A DNA stretch of 64,000 bases, taken from positions 2,418,001 to 2,482,000 of the forward strand of contig OX597832.1 of assembly GCA_951406725.2 (NCBI GenBank), given 5' to 3'. Both the position numbers and the translations under genes were made by a program. The stretch comes from Octopus vulgaris. Its lineage: Eukaryota. The notes beneath the pieces were generated by a model, which was not told the DNA's origin, did not search any database, and worked only from the letters and a program-made list of their open reading frames with translations. Shown here piece after piece: positions 48,964 through 62,668 of this stretch (positions are counted from its first letter, which is position 1; every line of letters begins with the position of its first letter).

Positions 48964-50646
48964 GTAACTATTTACTATATTGTTTGCCAGGAATATAGTA
49001 TTCGTTCCTGTTCATGTGCATTGTAATTTTTAACATTTTATATTGTTTTATTAAACATTTCAATTTATGCATTTTTCATTTTTATATCAGTTTTTTTCCA
49101 TGCCTGCATATGTGGGATGGTTTTGTAAAAGCAGTTGTTTATAGAACTACATGTCATAGAACAAATTAATAAAAGCACAATGCTTGAGATATTTGTGAGT
49201 GGGATATGGAAGTTGTTTAAATTCAAAGCTTGTAGCCCAAAAGACAACAAATCTAAATTAGATTGCAGACGTTTTTGTGACAGACTTGCCCTATGGCACT
49301 TCTAATCTCTTGAAAATACTGTATTCTCATTGACTACCAAGGCATGATGGTAAAAGAAAAGAATTCATTGTAGTCACATGACTGGGATTAGTAGGAGAGA
49401 ATAGGACACCTGTGAACTAGAGACTGAAGTGTTTGTATAGCAACAACACTACTCCAGATATAAAATTAATATTCCATTTTAGGACTCACTCGAGCTTTGG
49501 GTGTTCTGAAGACGAATGCTAGGTTTTTGTGTTCGCTAGTAAAGAGCATTAGAAATTGTAAGGTTCAGCATTTGTAGCAACTTTTAGAATTTTAGTTTTG
49601 TATTATCTATGATGGTATATAGGATTGTGTGTTTTGATGTGATGTGATTTTATCATCAGCTGTTGAAGAGACAAGGTTGTGACATGCCTTCACTGGAGAA
49701 CATTTTCACCAAGGCATCTAGATTCAAGTGCTTAACTGTTTCTGATGGGTCCAGCACTGCCAGTGATATTTGGCTGAGAACCAAGAGTTCTAAGCAGTGA
49801 GCTGATCTGATGTGCTGTAGGATCCAATAGGTAGAAAGATATTATATAGTATGTGACTGTGATAATCTAGACAATTCAATTGGCAGAGATGGTGTGATCT
49901 GGAAGTGAGAAAGGAATCAGTATTTGGAATTGCCTGTGTACCAGAAATTCATGGGGATAAAACTAATTGTAGGGAGTGCAATTGCCAAGAAGTATTATGA
50001 CTATTGAAGTCATCAAGGAGTCACTCCAGAGAGGAGTGACCTAAGGCAGATGTCCGTGATCCAGAATCCTGCTTGTGCTTGAAGAAAGTTCAGAGTGGTA
50101 GTGACAGCAAGTATATTAAGAGTAATGAGAAAGGAGATTTTGGGCTAGAATAAACTTGTTCCTGAAATCTAGGTGAGAGAGATGAGTGGCAGGGAAAGTA
50201 GAGTTCATATATGTGTGTAGACATCACATTGTTTGCATGTTAAAGCTCAAATAATTGAAGAGTATCTTTGCATGTGCATAAAAGAGCTTATTGTCTATTA
50301 CTGTTTTTACTTAAGTCACTTTGACAGTTTCATCAATGTAAGCACCCATAGAACTACGCTAAACTGTCCATTCTATATCAACTTAGAAAAAGTTGCTTAC
50401 AAACGATATTTATCTTTGAATTGTTGGAGCAAGTATTTTTACAGAGATACCTTTTCTTAAGCTGAACAATACATACTTTGACTGAGAAAGTAATCTAATT
50501 TAATGACACAATACAGTTGATAAAATAATAGCTGATCTTTTCTTACACAGTACCTCTCAATGTAAAAAAAGTATATATATTTTGATCAAATTAAATCTTA
50601 GGTACTTGCTATAATTTTCAGTTTGTTATTGTATTATTTACTGTAG

Positions 50647-50788
50647 GTTAACTTCAAAAGTATTGGTGGTTTAGAGAAGCACATCAGTGCCTTGAAAGAA
50701 ATGATTGTCTTCCCACTTCTGTATCCAGAAGTCTTCGAGCAGTTCAAAATTACTCCACCTCGAGGAGTTCTCTTTTATGGTCCACCAG
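50647..50788 (+). CDS. ATAD2: ATAD2 coding exon 10 (AAA domain start)
   Basis: ctgtag| VNFKSIGGLEKHISALKEMIVFPLLYPEVFEQFKITPPRGVLFYGPP(G) |gtgagc. Confidence 0.96.
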
Positions 50789-50915
50789 GTGAGCACTTTA
50801 TGACTTAATGTCTATTTCTTTTTTATTAATACATGATTTGAGTTTTATAGGACAAACTCTTGGAAGTATAGTCTTCTTTTGAAAGAAATATTATGATTTT
50901 TTTTTTTCATTTTAG

Positions 50916-51064
50916 GTACTGGAAAGACTTTGGTAGCTAGAGCTTTAGCTAATGAATGCAGCACAGAAAATCGAAGAGTGGCTTTCTTCATGCGTAAAGG
51001 GGCTGACTGTCTCAGTAAATGGGTTGGGGAGTCTGAACGTCAGCTAAGATTATTATTTGATCAG
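50916..51064 (+). CDS. ATAD2: ATAD2 coding exon 11 (Walker A)
   Basis: tttag| (G)[49 protein letters not shown] |gttagt. Confidence 0.97.
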
Positions 51065-51281
51065 GTTAGTATAAATCATTATCAACCTATCTTATTTTTA
51101 GATAGTTTTTTTTCTCTCATTATTTTGCTTGTACTTTGTAATTTGAACCACTCAAGAAATAGTGATTTCTAAAAGAAACCTTTCTTTCTTAAAATTTGGT
51201 ATGAAATATTTTCAAAGTTAATGTTTTTTTAATCAAATATTTGTTTTCATTGTTTTCTCAATCAAAGTTTATCTCTTTTAG

Positions 51282-51530
51282 GCTTATCAGACTCGGCCAT
51301 CTATTATATTTTTTGATGAGATTGATGGACTTGCCCCAGTTCGTTCAAGTCGGCAAGACCAAATTCACAGCTCTATTGTTTCTACTCTGCTTGCTTTAAT
51401 GGATGGTTTAGATAGCCGGGATGAGATAGTTGTCATTGGTGCTACTAACCGGATTGATGCTATTGATCCAGCATTGAGACGTCCAGGCAGATTTGACAGA
51501 GAATTCCATTTCCCACTGCCATCTTTACAA
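51282..51530 (+). CDS. ATAD2: ATAD2 coding exon 12 (Walker B, second region of homology)
   Basis: tttag| AYQTRPSIIFFDEIDGLAPVRSSRQDQIHSSIVSTLLALMDGLDSRDEIVVIGATNRIDAIDPALRRPGRFDREFHFPLPSLQ |gtaagc. Confidence 0.97.
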
Positions 51531-53074
51531 GTAAGCTTATTTTTAACAACTTTCATATTCAACATATTGTTTTTACTTGTGTATAAGTTGCACCCCATAT
51601 TTTGCATGGAAAATTTGATACAAGCTTTTATAATCAAAATCTACAATGGAGGATGAGATTGTATGATCCAACCAAATTATGTTCTGTATCTGCTGATATT
51701 GGTGGAGTTAGATAATTAAACAACAAGTTGTTTTGTTGAGCACATTTATTAAACAAATTGGATTATGAACATGATTATAGAATAATTACTGCATACATAA
51801 TAGATGACTGTAAACTTTATCATAATATCGAAGAAGAAATAAAAACTTAAAAGCAGTTTAAAAGCATCTGTTAAATTCTTCATCACTGTTGGCATAAAGT
51901 CGTCCCTCATCGATCCATGCCCTCCATTCCATCTGTTCTTGGTTGTCTCTTATTGCCAATCCACAAATGGTTATATTCAGTTTATCCATGCTATTTGATA
52001 TTCTTGACTTCAAGAAACTCTTTGTTACCATGTGATCATCCAGTGTCATCATGGGTATCATCCTTTATGCACAATGCTACAAGGTTCTTGAGGTTACTGC
52101 ATTTTGTTAGTTCCTTTTGTTCTGAAAACAAAATTATTCATGTCCAGCCAATTCTATCCTTCAATGGTTTTACTCTGCATTACTTCCAAAAGGTTGTAGT
52201 AAAGATGTGAGGCCAGTTGGTGTTTATAGACATGGCCTTCTCTTTCATCTCTTCTGTCTTGTATGCAATGAGGAGTGATTTCTTCTTTAGAAGAGCCTCT
52301 GGTCCTTTATTTCACATTTAGTGTTATCCACTATATAATTCCATCTTTATTCATGTAGTCCTTAGAATGACAGTGAATAAAATCTCCAGGTGATATTTCC
52401 TTTCCTTTTGGTAATTCTTTTCTGATAGATTGGCTTAAGCTCAATCTTATCTGTCATAAACAAGTACCATGATAAAATGTACCCTTCCAGGAGGATCATC
52501 CATATTTCTTATCCATCCAAGTAGAAAATTATTCTGCTAGCCACTAGGTAGTTTCTGGGTTGTCTTGATTTTCTATAAGTTCTGTTCATGATAAAATCCT
52601 TATTTTAATTTCTGATTAGAAGAAAAAAGTAGTTTAGCTGAGGACTCATTACAAAAAATAAAGAAGAAGCTGTTTAATATTGAATTCTTTCATATTTGGT
52701 TTGTCTGATTGTTAATTACTTGACTGAATCTTAATTCATTGTAAGCAGTTACCATTCATTACAGTTTGATATTATTTATTATATACTGATACATTCAGAT
52801 TAGTTTTCTTCATTTTGGTTGTTATAATCATAATGTTTTAGCCATTATACTTTCTGACCTTTGTCTGGTGCCTGTCACATTCAGTAACATTTTCAGAATT
52901 TGGAACTGAACCATGGAGGCAGATGGTTCTCAAACTGTTGTCACTACCGTGGATATTCTCTTCATTATTCTCTTGCTTGTGATGTTGTTTATGTTTCAAT
53001 CAGAATACATTTAGCTTAAATTTTAGTGGGTGACTTTTACTTTAATATTTACTGCCACAACTGCATAGGCTGAA

Positions 53075-53988
53075 ATACCAGTCAGGCAGCTACCTGTTCG
53101 AAAGCCATGCTGGATATCACTCAGCAAGTTATTTCCTTTAAGGAATACGATTAGTTTCCCTCTGACTATCCGTTCCATGACTTTGCTGATGTGTGAAGTC
53201 AGAGAGATAGGCCTTTAGTTTTTGGCATCTGCTTTGCTTCCCCCTTTATGGATTGGGCTTTCTCTCCTTCAGCTTGCTTGGCAGTCTGCCATTTGCTAGA
53301 AAGCTCTGAAAGAAAATCTTGAGGGGTTTTGCCAGGGCACGCTCACACAATTTGAGGAGGATTAGTAGTGTATCTTCTTCACTAATATCAATGTATTCCA
53401 TTGTAAATGCCTTGCTGGTTATAGGTAAGGTGGCAAAGAAGTCCACTGGTTCGTTCACTTGTCTGTATTCCAATGGGGTGGTAAAGACACTTTTGAACAG
53501 GTCAGTCATTCAGTACCTCACTGATCCTGGTTGGACTATCTGTGAAAGAGCTATCCTTTTGGAAGAGGGGTCTTATTTTGCAGCGTACTGAGGCTGTTTC
53601 TTTCACATAATGAAAGAAGGCCTTTGTTTTTTATAACCCAGGCTTCTTTGTGTGCTCTCTCTCTGACATAGGATTGTTGCAGGCTTTATTCAATCTCCAT
53701 CAGTGTTGTTTTTAGGTGGGGCCTTTCGCTACTTTTGGGATGTTGGTTGAGGCGATTTGCCACCTTCATGAGGATCTTCCTCCTCCTTGGAAGCTTGTTC
53801 CTATTTGTTTTGGCCTTGTGCTCTGGAATATATTTCTGGCATATGCCTTGTACAACAGACATAAAATATTCTAGCTTCTTGCCAATGTCTGGTGTGGAGA
53901 GACATTTCGGCCAGTCCTGTCTGAGGATCTCTTTTTAGATCGATTTCCTGCCTGCTTTGTAGAAGTTCAGATTGGAGAGATTTTGGGT
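53075..53988 (-). mobile_element. CR1/L2-type LINE ORF2 fragment
   Basis: NFYKA..QDWPKCL.., AFFHYVK.., FKSVFT.., GSKADAKN*RPISLTSHISKVMERIV..QHGFRTG motifs. Confidence 0.8.
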
Positions 53989-55984
53989 GCTACCCAAATA
54001 GGTGAATTTCTCAGTGTTCTTTAGCTGGTTGTCTTGGATCGAAAGAGTTACAGGGAGTAAACCATTTTTGGAGTTTCGAAGAATCTCTGTTTTCTTGGTG
54101 TTGACCTGGAGTCCAGCCCAATGATAGGCATTGAACACAACATCTAGGTTCTGCTGAAGGCTGGCTGGTTCATGGGGGAAAGCTTTGCAGTCATCTTCAT
54201 ACTGTAATTCAAAGAGAGTGGTAGACTGAGTCTTTGTTAGGGATTTTAGTCTCCTCAAGTTGCAGAGACTGCCATTGTGGTGATATTGAATTGGGATGCC
54301 ATCTTCGGGGTTGAGGTTGTGTCGAGATAGTGAGGTCACAGCCACAAGCAACACATTGAAAAGGACAGGGGCCAGGACACAGCCTTGTTTAACACCGACT
54401 TGAACGTTGGAGTAGTCAGACTGATCACCACCCAATGTCACACATGCTTGCATGCCGTCATGGAACTGGTGGAGCATGGCAAGAAGCTTAGGAGGGCGTC
54501 CATACCTCTGCAGGACATTCCATAGTAGTGGATGGCTAATAGTATTAAAAGCCTTAGATAGGTCAATAAAGGCAAACGAGGCATCATGCTGTTGTTCTCA
54601 GCACTTCTCTAACAGCGGGCGGGAGACAAAGACCATGTCGATAGTGCTACAGTTAGCTCTAAAACCACATTGAGACCCTGGGAGGATTCCTTCAAGAAAG
54701 TGACCAAGAAGCCAAGAGAGCAGGACGTGTGCTAAGACCTTTCCTGCAACATCCAGGAGTGAAATACCTCTGCTGTTGTTGCAGTCTTTGCGATCTCCCT
54801 TCTTGAAAATGGTGATTATGTCTGCGTGTTTCCAGCGTTGAGGGATCAAGACACTTTTCCAACAGTAGAGAATAATCTGATGAACAAGACAAGAGTAGCA
54901 CCACCATATTTATAGATCTTCCTCCGACACACCATTTGATCCAGGTGATTTCCTGTTTTTTAAGTAGGAGAGAGCTGTACAGATTTCCATGAGGGAGGGT
55001 TCCTTATCCAGCTCAAGGAGAGGAGGGAGATGAGGAAGCTCATCAATCAGTGTGGTTTCTGTAGGATTTACTTGTTTAACAAAGTGTTGAAGTGTTCTGC
55101 CCATCTGTCACAGATCTGGGTCTTTTCCTTGTAGAGCATGTTGCTATCTGAAAAGATCATATCAGATTGATATGATTGGAGGACAGACCATACATGGATT
55201 TGGTTGTAGTGTAGAACTCGTGGATCTTATTTTCATCTGCAAAACGTTGAATTTCTGCAGCTTTGTTCTTCCACCAAGTGTTCTGAATCTGCCTAAGTCT
55301 ACTCTGGCATTCCGAGCAAAGATCATTCCAATTCTAGAGGTGTGCATTGGACCTGCTCAAGAGGTAGGCATCATGAGCTCAGTTTTTTACTTCTGAGAAG
55401 AGGGAGGATCTCATCCGCAGATTCATGCAACTGAGGAGATCAGGGAGATACGTTTGTCCCATATATCATCTAGCTCCTCTTGGTTTACCGAGGTAGGGTT
55501 GGGGAGTGGGAGAGTATCCAATTTGATGGCAAGCTGCTCTTGAAAGAGGCCACAATTCTCAGGATCATACAGTTTCGTGGTGTTCAGTCGTTTTGATGCT
55601 TTTGCCTTTTGGCAGGGGGCCAAATGTTGATTCTATGCTTGGAGCAGATAAGGTTGTGGTCTGTCCAGCAATCTGCTCCATGCATTGTGTGAGCATAGAG
55701 GACATCGCCCATGTCTTGATGATGGACAATGATGTCTAGGAGATGCCACTTTTTGGAACGGGGGGTGAATCCATGACGTCTTGTAAATGTCCCACTGTTG
55801 AAAGAGGGTGTTAGTGATGCACAGGTCATACTCGGAGCAGAAGGTGAGTAGTCTCTGTCCATTAGCGTTCATTTTCCCTGTGCCATGAGGACCAAAGTAT
55901 TGTCACACCCAACATTGAGAGTTGAAGTCGCCCATGAGTATGATCTTGTCCGATCGGGAAATGTTCCGAAATGTAGTATGCAGA
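53989..55984 (-). mobile_element. RTE (BovB-like) LINE ORF remnant (endonuclease + RT); continues at 60110-60150
   Basis: GDFN, NANGQRLLTFCSEYDLCITNT, WTDH, KKGDRKDCNNSRGISLL, GVKQGCVLAPVLFN, LQYEDD and KFTYLGS motifs, with many frameshifts. Confidence 0.9.
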
Positions 55985-58900
55985 TATAGGCGGTTTTATA
56001 TTAACCAATGGAAAAAACGAAAATAATAATTCTTCAGCAATACGACATTACGTCATATTGCCAATTCACACTTTACTTCAAAAATGGCTACTTGTTACAA
56101 TCAGCCTTTCGCCAGAAAAATTGTTAAAATTTTGCGTAAAAAAATTTGTAATACATATTTTTTTCAATACAACATTTGAATTAATAGTTATAACACATCA
56201 ATATATACAATGCATTTATAAATTACATATTAAATATATGAAATTAGCTTTTCCATATGCCTTTACAATTATAATGTTCATTTCATTTCACTGGAAAAAA
56301 AAAATTCTATTTTTATATATATAATCCAGGAATATAAAAAATATTTTGAAAATCCTCAAACAAACTGAGAAAGTTTTTTTGGAAAATGTACAATTCTGTC
56401 ACTTCTAGTCTTTTTCACTTCGGTAGGTGATTTCAAAATTGACTTTGTGTTTCCATTAACATTAGATTTGTTGCATTGAATATCACTTTGTTTCAAACTA
56501 TGTCGATATGTATTGCTCACATCTTCATTTTCATGACATGAATATTGGTCGAAATAAGCTTTTTTTACTCTGTCGATACTGACAATTTTTTTTTTACCAT
56601 TTATCTCCAAAGTCATAGTTTTGTCTCTAACTGACAAGACTTTAAAAGGTCCGGTGTATTTATATTTCAGTGAATTATGAGCAGCATCATTACGTACAAA
56701 TACATGAATTTATATCAGAAGGAACAAAACTTTTAACATTTTGCAATTTTCTTGTAAAAGAAGGAATATTCGTAAGAAATCTCCTAAGACGAGTTACATA
56801 ATCATTTACATCTCCATTAAAAGAATTGGTTTCTTCGAACATTTGACCAGGTAGAGTTAATGTTGTTCCGTACAAGAGTTCAGGAGAATATTGTAAATTT
56901 TCTTTAACAGCACTTCTAATTCTTAACAATACCACTGGTAAGGCTTCTAACCAACTGTTAGAATCAGAATAAGTTCTTAATGAAGATTTCAACTGCCTAT
57001 GAAACCTTTCTATCATGCCGTTAGATTGTGGGTGATATGAAGTTTTATGAATTCTGTTAATCCCCAACAATTTTTCGAATTCTGCAAACAGACTAGACTC
57101 AAATTGTCTACCATGATCTGTTGTCACTGTATTTGGTATGCCAAATCTAGACATCCAATTTGTAAATAAGGTTTTTGCTATAATTACTGCAGATATGTCC
57201 TTTATCGGATAAGCCTCTGGCCATCTCGAAAAATGATCTATACACGTCAACAAATATATATTATCTTCACATGGAGTTAAGGGTCCAACTATATCGATGT
57301 GGATATGTTGGAATCTCGCATCAGGATTTGCAAATGTACCTAATGGTGCTTTGATATGACAATGTACTTTGGATTTTTGACACTGCATACATGATTTGAC
57401 CCAGGAACGAATATCTTTATTCATACCAGGCCAAACAAAACGACTTGATATTAATTTCAATAAAGCTTCTATACCTGGATGAGATAAATTATGTAAGGCA
57501 GAAAAAACAACTTTTCTATGCTTTTCAGGCACAAATGGTCTCGAAAAACCTGTAGAAATATCACACCAAATATGTGAATTACACGAATGGATCGGCAACA
57601 TTTTAAAGTTGAATTGGAATTTTTATATAAAGAAAATTCTTTATCCACAACTTGATCCTTAGACATTTCTTCCAAATTTATAGTGTTTAGTGAAGTTAAT
57701 GCATCTACATTCATTCTGGAAAGTGCATCTGCTGCTGAATTTTATGATATACCATATATCCACAGTAAATTGTGAAATAAAATCAAGGTGTCTTATTTCT
57801 CCGAAGAACTTTTTAATGCATATGTTAATGGTTTATGGTCAGTAAAGTAAATGACCTACCTTCAAGATGTCTGAAGTGTTTAATTGACAAATAAGCTGCC
57901 AACAATTCTCTGCTGAAAACACTGTTTCTGGTACTTGGAATTTTTTTGAAAAGAATGCTAATGGTTGCCAGGAATTACAATGAAATTGCTGTAGAACGCC
58001 ACCGATTCCAACATCGGAAGCATCAACCATCATTGATAATTCTGCTTCAGGAACCTGATGGTTTAAAAGTGTTGCTTCACACAGTTCCTCTTTAATTTTT
58101 TTAAAAGCTTGTAATTCTGTTTCTTTTAAAGTTATGGCTTCATTTTTTTTCTTTCTATTTTTCAATAGCTCAGTTAAGGGATATAGGGTTTCAGTGACTT
58201 TAAGAATAAATTTTCTGTAAAAATTAACTATCCCTAAAAATTCTTTGAGCTTTCTTAAAGTCTTCGGTGCAGGAAATTTTTTAATAGCTTCAATTTTTTC
58301 TGGTAATGGTCAAATTCCATCTTTATCGATAAGATGACCCAGAAAAGATATACTGGGTTCACCAAAAACACACTTCGATGGATTTATCACAATGCCGTAA
58401 TTCGTCAATCTCTCGAAAATTTGTTTTAAATGGTCTTCATGTGCTTCTTCTGATGGACTAGCAATGAGAATATCATCTATACGAAAGGTAAATTTCTTGT
58501 TACTTCATCTTTTAGATAGGATTCCTCTATCTGCTGATCTCCCAGAAGTTCATTCATCATTCACAGAAGTTGTGTGGGTTTCTTATTTCCTAATTCTTCA
58601 TTGTTAAATAACTTTGCAAACTCTTTTTGTTTCGAATTTGAAGTTCGTTTCAATATTTCTTCTTTTATGGAAGAATACGAAACTGGTTTGATAGGGTTTA
58701 GTAGCAAATATCTAATTTCATTGCTTAGAGGTGGAGGTAAATTGCTCAGAATTATATTGTATTTTTGCTCTTCATTTGTAATTCGGTTAGCTTTAAAGCT
58801 TGCCTCCAGTTGTGCCAACCAAATTACTGTGTCTCCTGTCCACGGGGGACAAGGCAAATAATTTACAGAAGCCTGTGTATAATTCCTATCGAAATATGAC

Positions 58901-60109
58901 ATTTCAAATTCTTTTAAATTCTGCTCCATTATATGTATAAATATTTTCTCAAAGGAAAATTTTTTTCATTATGTTACTAAGCTTTTAACAGCTCAAAATA
59001 TAATTTTTATATTGCTAGAAAGTGCAGCTAAAATTTTCTTTCTAAAGTTTCTTTCTTCAGTGTTCTTTTTGTTTCAACTTTATTTTTAACTATTTGTTAA
59101 TAAAATATTTATGCAATAATTCTGTAATTCATGTTTATTATATTATTAAATTTTCCACCAGTTTGTGTTTATCATTTTTTTATTTAAAAAAAATATTTTT
59201 GTCGCTGTCACCGGTTTTCTTATTATTTGGTTACACGAGGGTTCACCAATTTTTATTATTTTATATGAACTCACAAAGGTTCACCAATTTCTTATTTAAT
59301 ATAGACTCACGAGTGTCACCAATTTTCCTATAGCAGTTTTAGGCTACCATGAGCTTTCTCTTAGGTTATATTATTATAGTATATTCTCTATTTAGCTATA
59401 TTACAGTAATGTAATGCTATTTATTGTGTTTCCTATTTGGAAATAGATTATTTTATTTGGCTTTTAATGATTAAAACGTCACTTATAACTTAAGTGTTAT
59501 CATTATACGCAAATCCGAACTACAGTATATAACGTCATAGAGAAATCTACTTATAGAACGCTAAGAATATTAACGTCATGTATGTATAATATTATCTTCG
59601 TGTTCATTTAACCGCTATAAGAAAATATTATTTAATGATTACAGAAATGCATATTTATTTATACACAGTTGAAAAACGTGAAGAGAAACATTTTCTTAAT
59701 TAGTTTTATTATATAAATATAACATTTTATATTATGTACATGTGAAAGAAAAAATAATTTTCGTTGTGTAGAAGTACGACTATATATTTCCTAGCTAATT
59801 CATAAAGATAACTAATAAATGAATCAACAATTCAAAATAGATTTGTTGTGATTTTCTTTGGACATGGCATGAAAATCACCAATGTCTCAAAGGAGTGAGT
59901 GTCGTGGAGTTCAGTTAGGGTTTTTATAACTGCTCAACTTGACTTAAAAAATCGAAATCCATTACAAATATTCTTTACGTAACTTTTTAGAATCTTTATG
60001 AGCAGTTATATTAACCAATGGAAAAAACGAAAATAATAATTCTTCGGCAATATGACATTACGTCATATTGCCAATTCACGCTTTATTTCAAAAATGGCTA
60101 CTTGTTACA
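55985..60109 (-). mobile_element. Gypsy LTR retrotransposon (CsRN1-like), internally deleted, inserted into an RTE LINE
   Basis: CAGA TSD at 55981-55984 and 60110-60113; 104-bp LTR identity between 55996-56099 and 60006-60109. Gag 58561-58929, RT from the IDD motif (~58480), RNase H (VDASDVGIGGVLQQ), integrase 56690-57601 (HHCC zinc finger, DDE, YHPQSNGMIERFHR). Confidence 0.95.
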
Positions 60110-60964
60110 CAGAGAATCATAGAATGTGTTCTTTATCTCTTCATCAGTCGAGAAATGTCAGAAAACGTTTGTTCAAAAGTGGGATTTTGATTGTCATTAG
60201 GCGCTCGCTGATACTGGAGGGTACTCCAAGAATTTTCTGCAATAGGCTGTTTTTGATTGCGAAACCCATGCAATTTATCAAACTTATTTCCCTTTTATGA
60301 TCTAATTATGAATTCTTAAAAAGTGGTGTACTATCATCGCTAATGAATTAATAGGGTTCATTAATGGTTATAAACAGATTTGAAAATGTAATTAACAGGT
60401 CGGGTTTTCAACTTACTTAACTCATTGCTACTATCTCATCTAGAACTGAAGGTATTTTGACACTCTTTATAATGTGAAGCTGTTATTTAGCAGAAGCTCT
60501 GGTCTGAGACTTTTGGAATGAATACCTTTTCGTGGAATCTTTCCTGTACAAAGGACCTAATGATTTCTATAAGGCATGAAAGAAAATGGAAATGAAGAAC
60601 TTGTTGAAACAGATGAAGCATCATGAATTAGGGTAAAAGTTGGAATGTTTACTGGGTTTCTTGAGAACCTACTTGCATCATCAAGTCACTGAACAACTTT
60701 TGGTGTCTCCCTTTGACAAATGCCTCTATGTTGGTCATGAAATTGCCTTCCTGAGAATTAATTATAAAATATCTGCCAAATGTCTTGTTACATTCAAAAT
60801 AGGAAGAGGAAACACTGAACAAGAGATGAAAAAATCTAGTGAATGTCGATAGCTTGGTTGTAAGGAAAACAGTTTCAATATAGTCCATAAGATTAATGCA
60901 TTTTAAATTGTAAATACAAATTTATGAATATTAAATTGTATTATTATTATTTTGAACATTTTAG

Positions 60965-61055
60965 GCTCGGTCCCAGATTTTCTCTATCATCACTAAAGAT
61001 TGGAATCCTAAGCTATCAGATGCATTTCTTGAGGAAATTGCTCAAAAGTGTGTTG
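60965..61055 (+). CDS. ATAD2: ATAD2 coding exon 13
   Basis: ttttag| ARSQIFSIITKDWNPKLSDAFLEEIAQKCV(G) |gtaagt. Phase 0 to 1. Confidence 0.94.
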
Positions 61056-62477
61056 GTAAGTTTGATGTGATTTAACAGAAAGTTATTTGAATTTCCAAGA
61101 TTTATATTCTTTTTTTAATTATTTTATCTTGAATTTCTACTTTTAGAAGTTTTAAATAAAAGAAACAAAATACTTTAATAAGTTATCACATATTCTGTTG
61201 CATCTTTTCTGTAAGTCATTTCTTCCTAATCTTAGGATTTCTTTCAAAGCTTTCTTTATATTCTAGTACTCTCTTGCAGTGTATTTTCACAGCATGTGTC
61301 ACTTAGATTAGCATCTCACTGGATATAATCAGATAATGTATTTAACAGACCATATTCTACTTGTCTCTCTCCTCTTTGTATAAGTTCATTAATCTAATGA
61401 GCTTATTTCACTGCAATACTGTATCACACTGTTTCATAAAGTTTATTCTTTCATTCATAGCTATAACCAATTTTTTTATTCTCCATTAGATCCCCAACTC
61501 TATGTGTGATGATAATGAAACAAATTTTCATTGCAAAAGTCTGAGAATATAGACATCTGACTCTAACCTGCTATTGAACTTTTCTCAACAAAAGTTATAA
61601 ATCAGAATGCATCAAAGTTACTTAATGCATTCTGGTCTGCTTAAAAACAGTAATTTACTTAGAGAAACATGTAAAAGATTGGTTGCTCTGCAATGAAAAT
61701 TGCCTCACTAAAGTACTGAAACTTCAAATCAGTCTCTTCTAGTGCTGGTGACTTAATAAAATACCAGTCCCTCTTTAGATGCTATTCTACTGCAAGCACT
61801 CCTACCAAAAGCTTGGTTTGATAAACAGTTTTTTGATACTTCTGTTTGTATTGCACCTCCTTCTGAGTTCTTCATTGAATTGTCAGGAGAAGCTGTGGAA
61901 AATATTTCCCAGCAGAAAGCTAGTGTCACTTAGTACAGGAGGCTAAACCTGTCAGTTAATGCTTTGCAATTCTTTCTTATCACCTGGGAATATAATTCTG
62001 TATCTCCCTCTCTTCCAGTTAAAAATGTGTATCCCTCAATAATTGAAGGACTTTGAGAGCCTGACCTGAGACTATTGACTTCTATTTGGGCTAAGAATAG
62101 ATATTGCCGTAACGACTAACAGTGAATCCTGAGCCTTCTTCTTTTCTTCCTCCAAACAGCCACTTTATTCTAAACTATGTCAAAATCTACAAGAAATACC
62201 AAGAAACTGATATACAAACTACTCATTTCTTTCTCTCTAATTATCTACAGTAATCCAAGCTGTACTCTTCATTTCAATCTCTTTTCTAAAAGTAGTATTT
62301 GTGTAGAATTTTCTTTCTCTACTACTCGTATATTAGCAAAAAAGACTTCTACTTTGGAAATCTTCCTGGTTCCTTGAAGTTTATCTACCGTCACATCTTG
62401 AACACAAGCAGTTGTTTTAGTCCCTTGCCTTGTATCATGGCACCTGTTTAGTTGGTCTATAGATGTCTTGTCTCTGC

Positions 62478-62668
62478 CGTGCTGGTGGCACATAAAAACC
62501 ACGCATTACACTCTCTGAGTGGTTGGCGTTAGGAAGGGCATCTAGCTGTAGAAACTCTGCCAGATCAAGATTGGAGCCTGGTGCAGCCATCTGGTTTGCC
62601 AGCCCTCAGTCAAAATCGTCCAACCCATGCTAGCATGGAAAGCGGACGTTAAATGATGATGATGATGA
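62478..62668 (+). mobile_element. RTE-tail element (family B)
   Basis: Near-identical to 3500-3687; ends gcggacgttaaatgatgatgatgatg. Confidence 0.8.

Noticed and set aside
49380-52560. Faint LINE-like stretches (49380-50200 and 51830-52560)
   Set aside because: Too decayed to assign a family or boundaries by eye.
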